Shown piece by piece: positions 48,273 to 60,200 of a stretch of 64,000 bases of DNA (its first letter is position 1; every line of letters starts with the position of its first letter). The stretch is from Candidatus Thalassarchaeaceae archaeon (GTDB taxonomy: Archaea > Thermoplasmatota > Poseidoniia > Poseidoniales > Thalassarchaeaceae), in NCBI GenBank assembly GCA_023700245.1, contig JAJPRE010000002.1:34363-98362 (forward strand). Reading direction: 5' to 3'. Made by a program: the position numbers and the translations under genes. The notes beneath the pieces were generated by a model that worked only from the letters and a program-made list of their open reading frames with translations, made no database searches and was not told the DNA's origin.

Positions 48273-51209
48273 ATGGAGAACTATTACACATCAGTTGAAC
48301 GTAACAAAAGTACTCTAATTGCTGTTTTTCTCGCATTATTAATTTTAGCGCCGATTTATATCGCCTCAACCTCTAATTTAGAACTCCATAACAAAGAAAA
48401 CAAGAAATTTGAAAACTCTCAAGATACTAATTTGTATAGATTATATTTTGCGGAAAATGATAATAATGGCTCCTCCGATGGTGATGGACTAATTACGACT
48501 AAAATTCCTGAAGATGGAGGGCAAGCAACTGCTAATGCATTAGATAACACAATTCAATTCTCTACGGCCAAACTTAGGTCCGCCTTGGACTTTACAACAC
48601 GTAGTTTACAAGGTAATAATGATTATTATATCCCATTAAATTTATTCTTAAGGGCCTCGGGACCTAGCGGCTCTACTGTAGATTGGACAGTCACTATGAA
48701 AGCATCTGGCTCCTCGATAGGTTCTGTTACTTTGACTTTCGATGCCTGCAATTCTGGAATAGGTAGTAGTTGTGACGATTTCGATTATGAGGTGTTTGAA
48801 GTAAGTGTTGGATCTAGGGAGCAATTTTCTGTTTCTAAAGATGAAAGATTAGAAATTATCATAGAAGCATCAATGGATAATTGCGATGGTGGAGGTCTTT
48901 TCTCCTCTTGTGAAGCTGAAATTGCATGGAATGAAATTGATGGTGACGGCAATAGATTTTCAAGTATGGAAGTTAATGCCAATGCAATAGCTGATAGTTT
49001 AGTTCTTTTACAAAGAGAAGGGTCTGAATTAGTTGAAGGACCGGAATTAGAATGGTATCCTAATGATATATTTTCTGAGAGGACAATGCAATTTACATTT
49101 GATGTAAAAAGTGCCTTTGGAAGATATGACATTGCCGATGTTCAACTTTTGATGAGGGATCCAAATGGCGTTTATCGTATTGATAAAGAAATCCAAAGTC
49201 AAAATAATGAGGATATTGAAGATACTAGTGCAGGAATATTTGGAAAATATATTTGGACGTATCCGAGTGGCCTCCCATCGGGAGATTACTCAATCGAATT
49301 AGAAGTCTCTGACATTCAAGGTAATACCATTGTTGTTGAGCATGAAACAATAAAAATGTTACAATGGGGGGTAGCAGTAAATCATCGATTTGATAATTAT
49401 ATTGAATTTATAGCACCAGGTGAGACTACACCCATTCCTCTTCAGTTAGTCCACAGAGGGGACTCAACTAAATCTATGCAAGTTGAAATGGAAGTTATTA
49501 CAAATTTAGGAAGCTCATGGCTTGTAGAATTTGACTCTCCTGGTGGTTATACATTAAGCCAAGGGGGTGATGTATTAAATCCAATTCTATCAATTACTGC
49601 ACCTGATGATCTAAGCACTACGCCGGGCAAGATAAAAATAAGGGCGATTGCAGAAGCAACAGTGGAAGGAGTTCTAACAGTTGTCCATCAAGACACTCTT
49701 GAATTGGATTTGGAAAAAATCGATGTTTACCAACCTCCTGAAATTTCCCTTTGGTCTGAAGAACATGATGTTGCAATAGCAAATTCAACCAGAGGCGATG
49801 CAATTGATCAAGATATACCAAGATATGTGGAATATGGTGAATTTAATCCATTCTTGTTGGAGATTTTTAATACTGGTTTTGATGCAGACTCATTTAGAAT
49901 AGATATTCTAAAACGTTCGAAAGCCATTTTTCAACTATTCGATAATGATACGGGAGAACGGATACTAGAGGATGAAGGGGATGGAACCTTTCACATATCA
50001 TTATTGGAAAGGCACTCTACTCAAATTCTAAAATTTAGTGTAAAACCCTCTGACGATAGGGAAGATTCAGATATTGGGCAGATAGAATTGGAAATAATCA
50101 GTGAAGGCAATGCGTCGTTGAGATCTACTATAGTTTTCACTATTCAGAGAACATTTGGCATAAGGGCTGAAATCTCACAAGATTGCGACGGAACTCCCTT
50201 GGGGCACATCGAAGTTTCCTTATGCGCACCAGATATGGATAAACCAACTGTGGATTTAAGGGCCAGAATTCTTAATACTATGGAAAATGATCAACCATCT
50301 ACTCTTTGGAGAATTCAAAATCCAGCATCATTAAATAAAAATTTAGATTTAAATCCACTTTATGGCCAGTGGCAATTTACAATCAAAGATAAAGATGGCA
50401 ACTCTGTCCCGAGAATCACTCTTGGACCTAATGATTATACTGAAGTATTTGTAACGATAACATTGACAAATCAGGTAGAAGTAGGTAATCATACTGTTTA
50501 TCTCAGAATAATAGAGGATACTGAGGATGAAAATCCTCGTTATTTTGATTTGCCTATGACGTTTGAGGTTGAAGCTTCAGATCCAAATCTTGAGATAGTC
50601 CAAGTATCGCCCGTATCTCGTTTTATACCTGGGGAATCATATTCGATTCAGATGAAGGTCAGAAATAGGGCCAATACTCCAATGACTGTATTATTAAATT
50701 CTGAAATCGAAGCCACTGGTTGGATTGTCTCAATAGAAGGCAAATCTGGATCTCCACTCATGGAACTAGGGGCTTTCGAAGAAGAGACTTTTACAATTGA
50801 TATAACGGTCCCTATTAACTCCAATAATGGCGATAATATACCAATCATAATTTCTGCATCTCCTCTTGATACTCAGCAAAGTTTTTCTGATGATTATACA
50901 GCTAAATTTACTCTAGATGCAGTTATTGAAATTTCTTCAGTAACTGAAATAATACTAAATGAATTGACTCATCCGAGATTATCAACTATGATTTTAGGTC
51001 TAGTCGGAGTTTTACTATTATTCGCAGGTGTTCAAAGCCGTATGAACAAAAGAAAATGGGCTGCTCAAATGGCATACTTGGAGATGATATCCGCTACAGA
51101 AAATAATAATGCTGAAGTGGATCAAATTCCCGAAATTCCAGAACCAGTTTTGGAGATAATTGATAACTCGGTAGATAGATATGAGGAAGAAGACATCGAA
51201 CTTGTGTAA
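48273..51209 (+). CDS. Large membrane-anchored surface protein with tandem Ig-like (NEW3/CARDB-like) domains
   Basis: N-terminal signal/TM, acidic beta-rich body with NTG/HRG/NRAN-type Ig motifs and Cys pairs, C-terminal TM and acidic tail. Confidence 0.7.
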   Translation: MENYYTSVERNKSTLIAVFLALLILAPIYIASTSNLELHNKENKKFENSQDTNLYRLYFAENDNNGSSDGDGLITTKIPEDGGQATANALDNTIQFSTAKLRSALDFTTRSLQGNNDYYIPLNLFLRASGPSGSTVDWTVTMKASGSSIGSVTLTFDACNSGIGSSCDDFDYEVFEVSVGSREQFSVSKDERLEIIIEASMDNCDGGGLFSSCEAEIAWNEIDGDGNRFSSMEVNANAIADSLVLLQREGSELVEGPELEWYPNDIFSERTMQFTFDVKSAFGRYDIADVQLLMRDPNGVYRIDKEIQSQNNEDIEDTSAGIFGKYIWTYPSGLPSGDYSIELEVSDIQGNTIVVEHETIKMLQWGVAVNHRFDNYIEFIAPGETTPIPLQLVHRGDSTKSMQVEMEVITNLGSSWLVEFDSPGGYTLSQGGDVLNPILSITAPDDLSTTPGKIKIRAIAEATVEGVLTVVHQDTLELDLEKIDVYQPPEISLWSEEHDVAIANSTRGDAIDQDIPRYVEYGEFNPFLLEIFNTGFDADSFRIDILKRSKAIFQLFDNDTGERILEDEGDGTFHISLLERHSTQILKFSVKPSDDREDSDIGQIELEIISEGNASLRSTIVFTIQRTFGIRAEISQDCDGTPLGHIEVSLCAPDMDKPTVDLRARILNTMENDQPSTLWRIQNPASLNKNLDLNPLYGQWQFTIKDKDGNSVPRITLGPNDYTEVFVTITLTNQVEVGNHTVYLRIIEDTEDENPRYFDLPMTFEVEASDPNLEIVQVSPVSRFIPGESYSIQMKVRNRANTPMTVLLNSEIEATGWIVSIEGKSGSPLMELGAFEEETFTIDITVPINSNNGDNIPIIISASPLDTQQSFSDDYTAKFTLDAVIEISSVTEIILNELTHPRLSTMILGLVGVLLLFAGVQSRMNKRKWAAQMAYLEMISATENNNAEVDQIPEIPEPVLEIIDNSVDRYEEEDIELV

Positions 51210-51286
51210 AAAATCACCAACTGTCCGAACGACGCTCCATTCTTCTTAAAACCATTATATAACCCCCCAGAAATGAGGATAGCATC

Positions 51287-54200
51287 ATGAATAGGATTTT
51301 ATTAAATTCTGATGCAAATATAACCAACAGAAAAAAGAAATCAGCAGTATTTTTTAGCATTATAATGGTTTTTTCAAGTTTTCTCGCCATGGAATATGGT
51401 ATATGGGAGGCTATGGCAACCACTGATCAAGATGGCGATGGGTTGAGTTATGGTATTGAATTTTTTATTAATACTCAGCCACAAGATTTTGATACTGATA
51501 ATGATGGTTTACCTGATGGTTGGGAATGGCAATATGGACTTGACCCATTATCTTCAGTAGGAAACAATGGGTCTACAGGAGATCCAGATTTAGATTCCTT
51601 GACTAATTTAAATGAGTATTTATATTCAATTCCTTCAAATTGGGATTTTTCAGGTACTCCAAATGTATTGGATAATGGCGTATGGTGGAATGGCACCGTT
51701 CCCGTTAGTAATTGGGATGAAGAAAGCGCAATGCAACTTCTACAAGGGTCTGGTAGTGATGGGTTTGATGAAGATCCAATGGGGAATATTTGCACCGACT
51801 CTTTTGATAATGATAAGGATGGTTTAGTCGATTCTTTTGATAATGATAATGATGGAGATGCTGATTGTTCATCTGATGACGATGACGGAGATGGACTAAT
51901 AGATGAAGATAGAAATGGCTGGGATACTGATGGAGATGGAATGCCCGATGGGTGGGAGGTTGCACACAACTTAGATCCAACTTCAAACTCAAATATGGAC
52001 GGTACTTTTGGAGATCCGGATAATGATGGTTTGATTAATTTGTATGAATATGTAAACCCTGCTTGGAATACTAGGAACGGATCAACATTCCCTCCAACTC
52101 AATATTTTAGACCAGGGCCTGACAATATGTCGTTTACAACGTCTCCTTGTAATCCAATGCTGGAACTGGGGCCGGGGGGGTGTCAATTTCTGACTGCAGA
52201 GGTTGATGGAATAACGCAAACCGACCCTCAAAGTAATGATACTGATTTAGATGGATTAAATGATTCCTATGAAGCTTTGATTTTACTTACAGATCCAACA
52301 TCACCAGACACAGATGGAGATGGAATAAATGATGGTATTGAAGTAAATGGCCAGTATGGAGATCCAGAACAAGGGTCCAATCCGCTTGACAATAATACTG
52401 ATGGGGATTACCTCGAAGATGGCGAAGAAGATCTAAATGGAAATGGGCTGATCGACGTCGGAGAAACAGATCCTACTCGGATAGAGGATGATGGCGATTT
52501 CGATGGCGATGGATTACAAAATTGGGAAGAAAATCTAACTTGTACATTATGGAATTTAGCTGATAGCGATGGAGGAGGTGCCACCGATGGAGAAGAACTT
52601 GATTTCATGAGGGCTACAAATCCATGCATGTCATATGTGAATTTAGAATTTTCAATATTAAATTATGATATATCTACAAAAGAACTAACTCTTAATTCCA
52701 CTGATGGGATTAATCCAAATCCAATTGACTGGAGGCAAACAGATTATCCAATGGCATATTATAATAATACTTCAGGTGACTTAACGGGATTTAGATTCGT
52801 AAGTATTTTTGGTAATAGTCTTAGAGGTATTGATTTAGATATGCCATTAGGAACTTCAACTATAATTATTACTAATGGATCATGGTGTTGGAATGCTACT
52901 GTTGGGGCAATCAATGATCCTCATTGCGATGACGATTACTCTGATTTAGATTCAGATGGATTGGCAGATTGGGAAGAACTAGTTGGAACTTGGGGATACA
53001 TCTCAAATATAAATATGTCAGATTCGGATGGAGATGGAGTAAATGATTTATCTGAAATACAAAATTTAACAGATCCTTTGGAGCCCTGCGACAATATATT
53101 GGATTCAGATATGGATGGATTAAATAATTATTTTGAAAATAACACTGGCTGCAGTTTGTCGTTTGGAATTACTCAAGGAAATTTGACCCAAGATAGTTAT
53201 ATTACTCTTTGGAATCAATCTGATTCCGACAGTGGAGGAGTTACTGATGGTCAAGAATACCTCGATGGCACTAATCCTCAAAATAATCCTAATGATGATA
53301 TTAATCCAACAGATACAGATGGTGATGGAATTCCAGATACTATTGAACAAGATATAGGAACAAATTGGCTAGATCCGGATACTGATGGCGGCGGCATTCC
53401 TGATGGCCAAGAGTGTCCTGAATCTTTTTGGATTAATGATTGTGTAGATGCACCCACGGATCCTTTTAATTCTTCAGATGATATCTTATATAATTCATTA
53501 TTCTTTTCAGCATATAATCTCTCATCAGGCCTTGACACAGGCATGAAACATTACTGGAGATGGCACACATATGATAGTTATACGGGAGTTTCTTGGGGGG
53601 TAAATTCAAGCCTCATCGGAAATACTCTTATTACTCCCTCATCGAACATAAGTCAAGGTGTAGCAGATTCTTCATTTTGGAACTCTTCTTCTGCTCTTGA
53701 CTGGCAATTAGTTTATCAAGATGGAATTATGGCCCCAGGAATTGAATTAATATCTCCATATAATTCATATGAATTTGACAGTTGGTCTGATGCTTCTGCA
53801 GGATTAAATTTTTCAAATTATACTCGTGATATCATTATTGACAATTCTAATATTGAAAACTTATATGTTTCGGCACCAGAAATAATATTGGGCCCTCAAA
53901 TAAGAGATAATTCGACAATTTTTTCTGGAAGTAGTTATGCCACATCTTTACCAGAATCATACTTGAATGATTATGGCATTCAAGTAAATAATATAACTCA
54001 GCAAATAATAAATAACTCCGGAGCTGTTTCAGCATGGGATAAAATTATTGCTATTCAAGATTTTATAATTAATGGTAATGAAACTATAACATTTTTACGT
54101 AACCATGATGGCTCTTCTAGGCCCAATAATGCCGGGATAGATAGCGATATTTCAAATTGGATTTTAACTTCTTCATTTGAAGGAAGTTGTGATGAATTTA

Positions 54201-57200
54201 CATCTCTATTTACAGTTATGTTACGCCATGCAGGAATGCCAACTAGAAAAGTTACGGGATTCTCAGGAGGAGAATGGACTGGCAAATCATATGACGTCTA
54301 CGGAGGTGATTTTACATGGTGGGCAGAAGTACATCTACAAACTAATCAAAATCAAGGAAACTTAGATCTGGGTTGGATACCCTTTGAAGCGTGTCCGCCG
54401 TTGTCCTTGGTTGAGGTCTTGGATGTATCATGGTCTCCAGATGTTCTTGGACGGGATTTGAATATTGGCCAAAATATTTCTGTTCAAGGGACATTGCAAT
54501 TTGTTACCAACTCTACTTCCGTATCTGATATAACACTCTCATTATACTTGGTTTCCCCGCTGGATATATCTGATATACCTGGATCTGCTGCAATTCCTGA
54601 ACATCTTGTCGCAACTACAACATCTGATTCAAACGGATTTTTTAATTTATCTGGATTACCAGCCGAAATTCTCAGTCCCGGCTATGCCTCTTTAGTCATT
54701 CAAACTTCAAAGAAAAATTATGTTGGAAACCAAGGAATCTCATTTTCTTGGATGATTAATATAACAGATGATGTTAATTTATCTATTCTTGATCCATTCC
54801 CAGTTGATCAACCAATGATAGGCGTTGGAGTCAATACAACCATTTCTGGTCAAATGTCTTGGAAAAACGATCCTAAAATCGATCCAACTACAGTTGATAA
54901 TCTACAATTAGAATTAATTTATTCTACTTCATTAGATGGTAATGTAGAATTAATTAGTGACGTAGGACCAGGGGGATATTTTGAATTTATAATCTCATTA
55001 CAAGACCAAGAGCCCTTAGGGCTAATTAATGCTTCATTGGAGTTTTCAGGATGGCATCAAGATGATTTGAATAATGACTCCAATCCAACATATCATGCAA
55101 TGCCCAATATATATTCATTCATGTTTGAAGTAACTCCATCTCCGAATATGACAGTAGTTTTAGAAAGTAAAAATTCTAACAACTCTATCATTGATATCGA
55201 CTCAAATATATTTTTAAATGGGTCAGTATTAAGTAGAGGATTAAGTCAAGATGCACTGAATGGAACTGTTTATCTAGATATGCGCAAATCCAATTTTAAT
55301 GGCCCGTTTATCGGTATTAAATCATGGCAACTAAACAATTCTTCTTGGATCGATGATCCCGGTAATTTTTCAATTAATTGGCTATTTAATGCCTCAGAAG
55401 TTCCAATACCCGCTGGACCAGTCGAAGTAAGAATTAGATTTGACGCCGATATTTTAACTTCTAATGACCAGGAAATATTTACCGATATTTATGGGATAAG
55501 GAGTAATATATTCTTCAATTATTCTCTTGCTTCAAAAATGAGAGGTATAGCTGCAGAAGTAGATGTAATATTGACTGATCATACAGGTACTTCACTTGCA
55601 AACTTTGAAGGCAATTATAGATTAGAATTTAATGGCGAAGAAGTTTGGAATATTACTGACCCAATTAACCCTAAGTTACTAGTAAGTTGGACGCCCGCTC
55701 TTGCCACTATTCCGGATGATTATAATTGGTCATTGTTCTATAATGGTTCAAAATGGTTAAATCCAAATAATTCTATTGATGAAATAAGGATAAAGGGAAG
55801 AGGTAATGTTACTACGAATTTGGGCTTCGAATGGTCACAAGGAGGCAACCTATCTTCTCAAAATTGGGTCAGAGGTTTTACTAATGATATAATGTCCAAT
55901 AATCCAATTATTGGAAATAACTCCTCCATAACTTTGTCACTACATGTTCCAACAGATTTACCCCCTACTCCTGATGGTTTTCCTTCTCCTCCAACTATAT
56001 ATGTCTTATCTAGCGACTGGATAGATGTGCAAACAGGTGAATATAATTTATCTTTCATAATGCCGGGAGATGTTGGTTCAGGAGCTTATGAATTATACTT
56101 AGAATTAGATTTTAATCTAAATCCCCCTCCTGGAGGTATATTTTACCAAGACACATCACCCGTCTTAGTAAATGCTGGAATACAAACTGAATTCATCGTT
56201 GAATTAAATTCTTCTGTAGCCATAGTCACCGCAGGGAATACTCTCAACTTAAATGCATCAATCAGTGATTTTGCCGATTCATCACGACTAGGTGATATTA
56301 CTGTAGAATTATATTTTGACTGGGGAGGTAACTCTCAACAATTACTTGATTCTACTATTTCAAATTCCGATGGTGATGCACTATTTGACCCAATAATTCC
56401 TGTTAATACATTACCAGGTTATTATCAAATTCGAATTTTAGCACCTGATGATATAGATGATAATTTGTCTGATATTGGTGCAGGAAGATGGCTTGAAGGT
56501 GAAGATTTTGCTAACTTAACCGTCCGAGTCGGAAGTGTAATTGAAATAGATTCAATACCTGCTGAAGTCACTGCTCTACAATATTTTACAGTTTCCGGTA
56601 GAGTGATGGATTCTGTTGATGCAAACAGGACTGTACAGGGCCCCGTTGAAATAGAAATTTTCTTTTTAGATGATCCGAATGAAATTTTAATTACTGATTT
56701 CACCACCAGTAATAATGGTAGTTTTACCGTTTCGGTTCCTACGGATGTATTGGGTAACGGCGTAACTAGCGGGGTCAGAACTCTAATTATTAGTGTAGTA
56801 AACGACTCCAGTCCATTCTATTTATCTGGAACTGGTGATACTAGCATATTAGTTCGGGGAATTCCTAATTTTATAGAAACTACTCCTTTAATTAATACAG
56901 TTATAGATAGGGGGACATCTGTAACAATAGGCGGAAGACTTGTGGAATTTAGCGATAATAATATTAATTTAAACGGCCTTCAAGTAGCCGCTAAATTTCA
57001 TGAAACTTGGTTGGATAATAATATTACTGATAATCAAGGGAATGTAAATTTTGATTTCCTTATACCAAATGATCACCCTTTAGGGCTTGTAAATGTAACT
57101 CTGTTTTTTAATGGTTCAAGTACTTTAAACTCTATATTTGAAATAATTAATACAATTTCTATCAGATCATCAACGTCTATTCAAATATATCCAATAACTG

Positions 57201-60200
57201 CAAATCCATTGCCTGGGGATTTCTTTAACGTTACTGGTTCATTAATTTCTAGTAATGGAAGCTCGGTAGTAAATAGGCAGGGAGCATTATTATCTCCTGC
57301 ATTAACATTTTCAATAAATGATGAATCAGATACCTTTACTGTTTCTTCACTATCCTTTTCAGATGATGGTAACTGGAGTGGAATTATCAGATTAGATTTG
57401 ACATTTTCCCGTGGAGTTAATGAAATAATGGTGATTTACACTCCAGATGTTAACTATTATGACTCTAGTGAAAATACCTCTATATTTAGTAGTAGGGGAT
57501 ACTCATTGCTCACAATTTTGGATCCTTCAGATCTAGATTCAGATAGTAGGACAATTAGGGGAGAATCAGTTGCTATAAATATGTCAATAATTGATAATGC
57601 GGGTAACCCAGTTCCATCTGTTCCTTATGATGTAAGTATTGAAGGATTACTGATAAGTTCATCTAATACTGATTTAGAAGGGCTATCGACTACCATTTTA
57701 AATATAGATCAATTCACAAAGGTTGGCCCTGTGAAAATAACTGTTTCATTTAATGGGATAAATAGTACTATTGGACTACTTGGAGATGAAGCATGGACAA
57801 GAATAATAATTTTGGCACCAACTAACTTGAATGCATTGATAGTGGAAGGAGAATTTATAGCCGGTGAGAAAATTACATTTTCAGGAATTCTTACCGACGA
57901 ACATTCAGATAGTCTATTTACTGATGTATCTCCATCGGGAGGAATCATACATCTATTCATCGATGATATTGACGCAGGACCACTCTATACAACTCAATCA
58001 AATGGAACTACAAGATCATGGAGTATTGTATATGATATTCCTGAAGATATGAATTACGGTTTACATACGGCTACAATGAAATTTCTGGGAGGCTTTACTT
58101 GGGTCAATCCAATGGGCCAGGGGGACTCCTTAAATCCTGAATATTACTTACCTTCATCGGATATAATGGAATTTAATATATCTCAAGTATCAAAGGTTAT
58201 TATTACAACGTCAATTACAGACGTCGATCGTAACGATCTCGTCTTGATCGAGGGGCAATTCACTGATCTAGTTAGCAGACCAATTCCCGATAGGCCTTTA
58301 AATGCATATATTGACGAATATTTGTTGACAGAATTATTTGTAAATGAGACAGGATTTTTTAGTATATATGTCCCCATTTCTCCAAATATGAAATTAGGGC
58401 CACGCATAATTTCCGTAGAATTCATGGGTGAAGAATTTATACTTCCATCAAATTCATCAACTGTATTCATTGTTCATGGACCAGTATATCCAATTGTTAA
58501 TTCACTAAATCCCATCGCAGTTGGAGACATTTTAGAAATTAGTGGTTTGGTTAAAGATAACCTTCAGGATGGCTTTCTCCCTAATCATACATTGGAATTA
58601 TTTGTAGATGATGTATTAATTGGCATAACTACATCTACTGACGAAGGATATTGGTATTATGACTATATCATTCCTGAAACTTTAGAAATTGGAAATCATA
58701 CATTCACGGTATTAAGCCCAGAACAAGGTTACCACCGTCAAGGAAATTTTGATACTAATCTTACCGTAGCATATCATACTAAAATTTCATTATCAATAGG
58801 TTCTCAATATGCAACGAGAGGAGATAACTGGAACTTCACAGGCAGACTTTATGAAGATGATACTCAATTTCAAATGGGACTTCAAGGAAGAAATATATTG
58901 GTACTTCTGGATGGTATTGAAATTTCCACTATTACATCAAATGACGATGGGACATTCAATTATAATCATACTCTGGGATATCAAATTTCTCGAGGAATGC
59001 ATGAATTCAAGTTTTCATTTGTTGGCGAATTATTTTATCTAGCATCAAATACAAATATTACTACTTTTGTTAATTCTGATATCCAAATAGAAATCTTACC
59101 AATTACTCATACCATAGTACGAAGTTCAAGTACTCAGCCTATTAAAATTCAGGGCTTTGCTAGAGAAATAGGTGGGCAATTCAGTATATTCGAGAATTTA
59201 TCAATAAATCTATTTTGGGAAAATAGCAATTTACCACTTAAATCTGATCCTTGGGCCAACTCCGGAACATTAAATTTTCAAATTATTTCTACCGCTCGAC
59301 AGTTTATGTTACCAGGAATAAATACTCTTGATTTAATTATTGAATCTGATGAAAATAGATATCTAAATGGTGCATCTATAGAAATTGATGTATTGGTTCT
59401 TGTCCAAATAGACTTTGATTTCTCTGATCTCGGCCTAGTTAATGGTCAGAGGATTTTGCAAGGTTCTGTGAATCTAACAGCTAATGATACGGGTGAAATG
59501 TTACCTGGAGTCTCTATGTCTGCTTTATTATTGAATGGTTCAACAACTCATTTTTCATCTACAAAACTAACTGATGAAAATGGGAGATTTAACTTTGAAT
59601 TTAAAGCTCTTTCGCCCTTACCGCCTTTATCGGATAAATTAATTTGGGGAGATTTAAATGTACAAATTAGTTCTAATTCAATATTTATTGATCCAATCAG
59701 CCTATCCAACTTAGCATTACAAGGGCACATGGAAATTATTTATGAAGAACCAGATTCTGAATATATTTTTGGCCCATTTATGTTGATAATAGGATCTATA
59801 TTGATCGTATCTCTACTGATAACTTCCTTCATATTATATGGTCGGCGTAAAAAATCTGAGTTATCGGAAATTGCAAATATTTTTAGTTATGCATCAGAAC
59901 TTTTAGCCGCAGGTGATGAAGTACGTTCTTCAATTTTTATCTGTTATCAAAACCTTTGTGAAGTACTGATGCAAAGAGGATTTTTAAGGAGAGGATTTGA
60001 AACTGTTAGGGAATTTGAATTAGCTATTAGAACAGCTTTACCTGAAATACGCGAAGAATCACTAATTGCGTTAGATCGTATTTTCGAAGAAGCCAGATAT
60101 TCAAGCCATATTTTGGGTGAAAATCATCGAAGTAATGCAACACTTGCACTGACCTCTGTAGTAAATGAAATCAACTCTCTTGAGGAAATACCAAATCGGG

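Noticed and set aside
51475..53544. Ser/Pro-rich minus-strand ORFs
   Set aside because: Reverse-complement products of GAT/GGA-rich Asp-Gly repeats in the giant gene.
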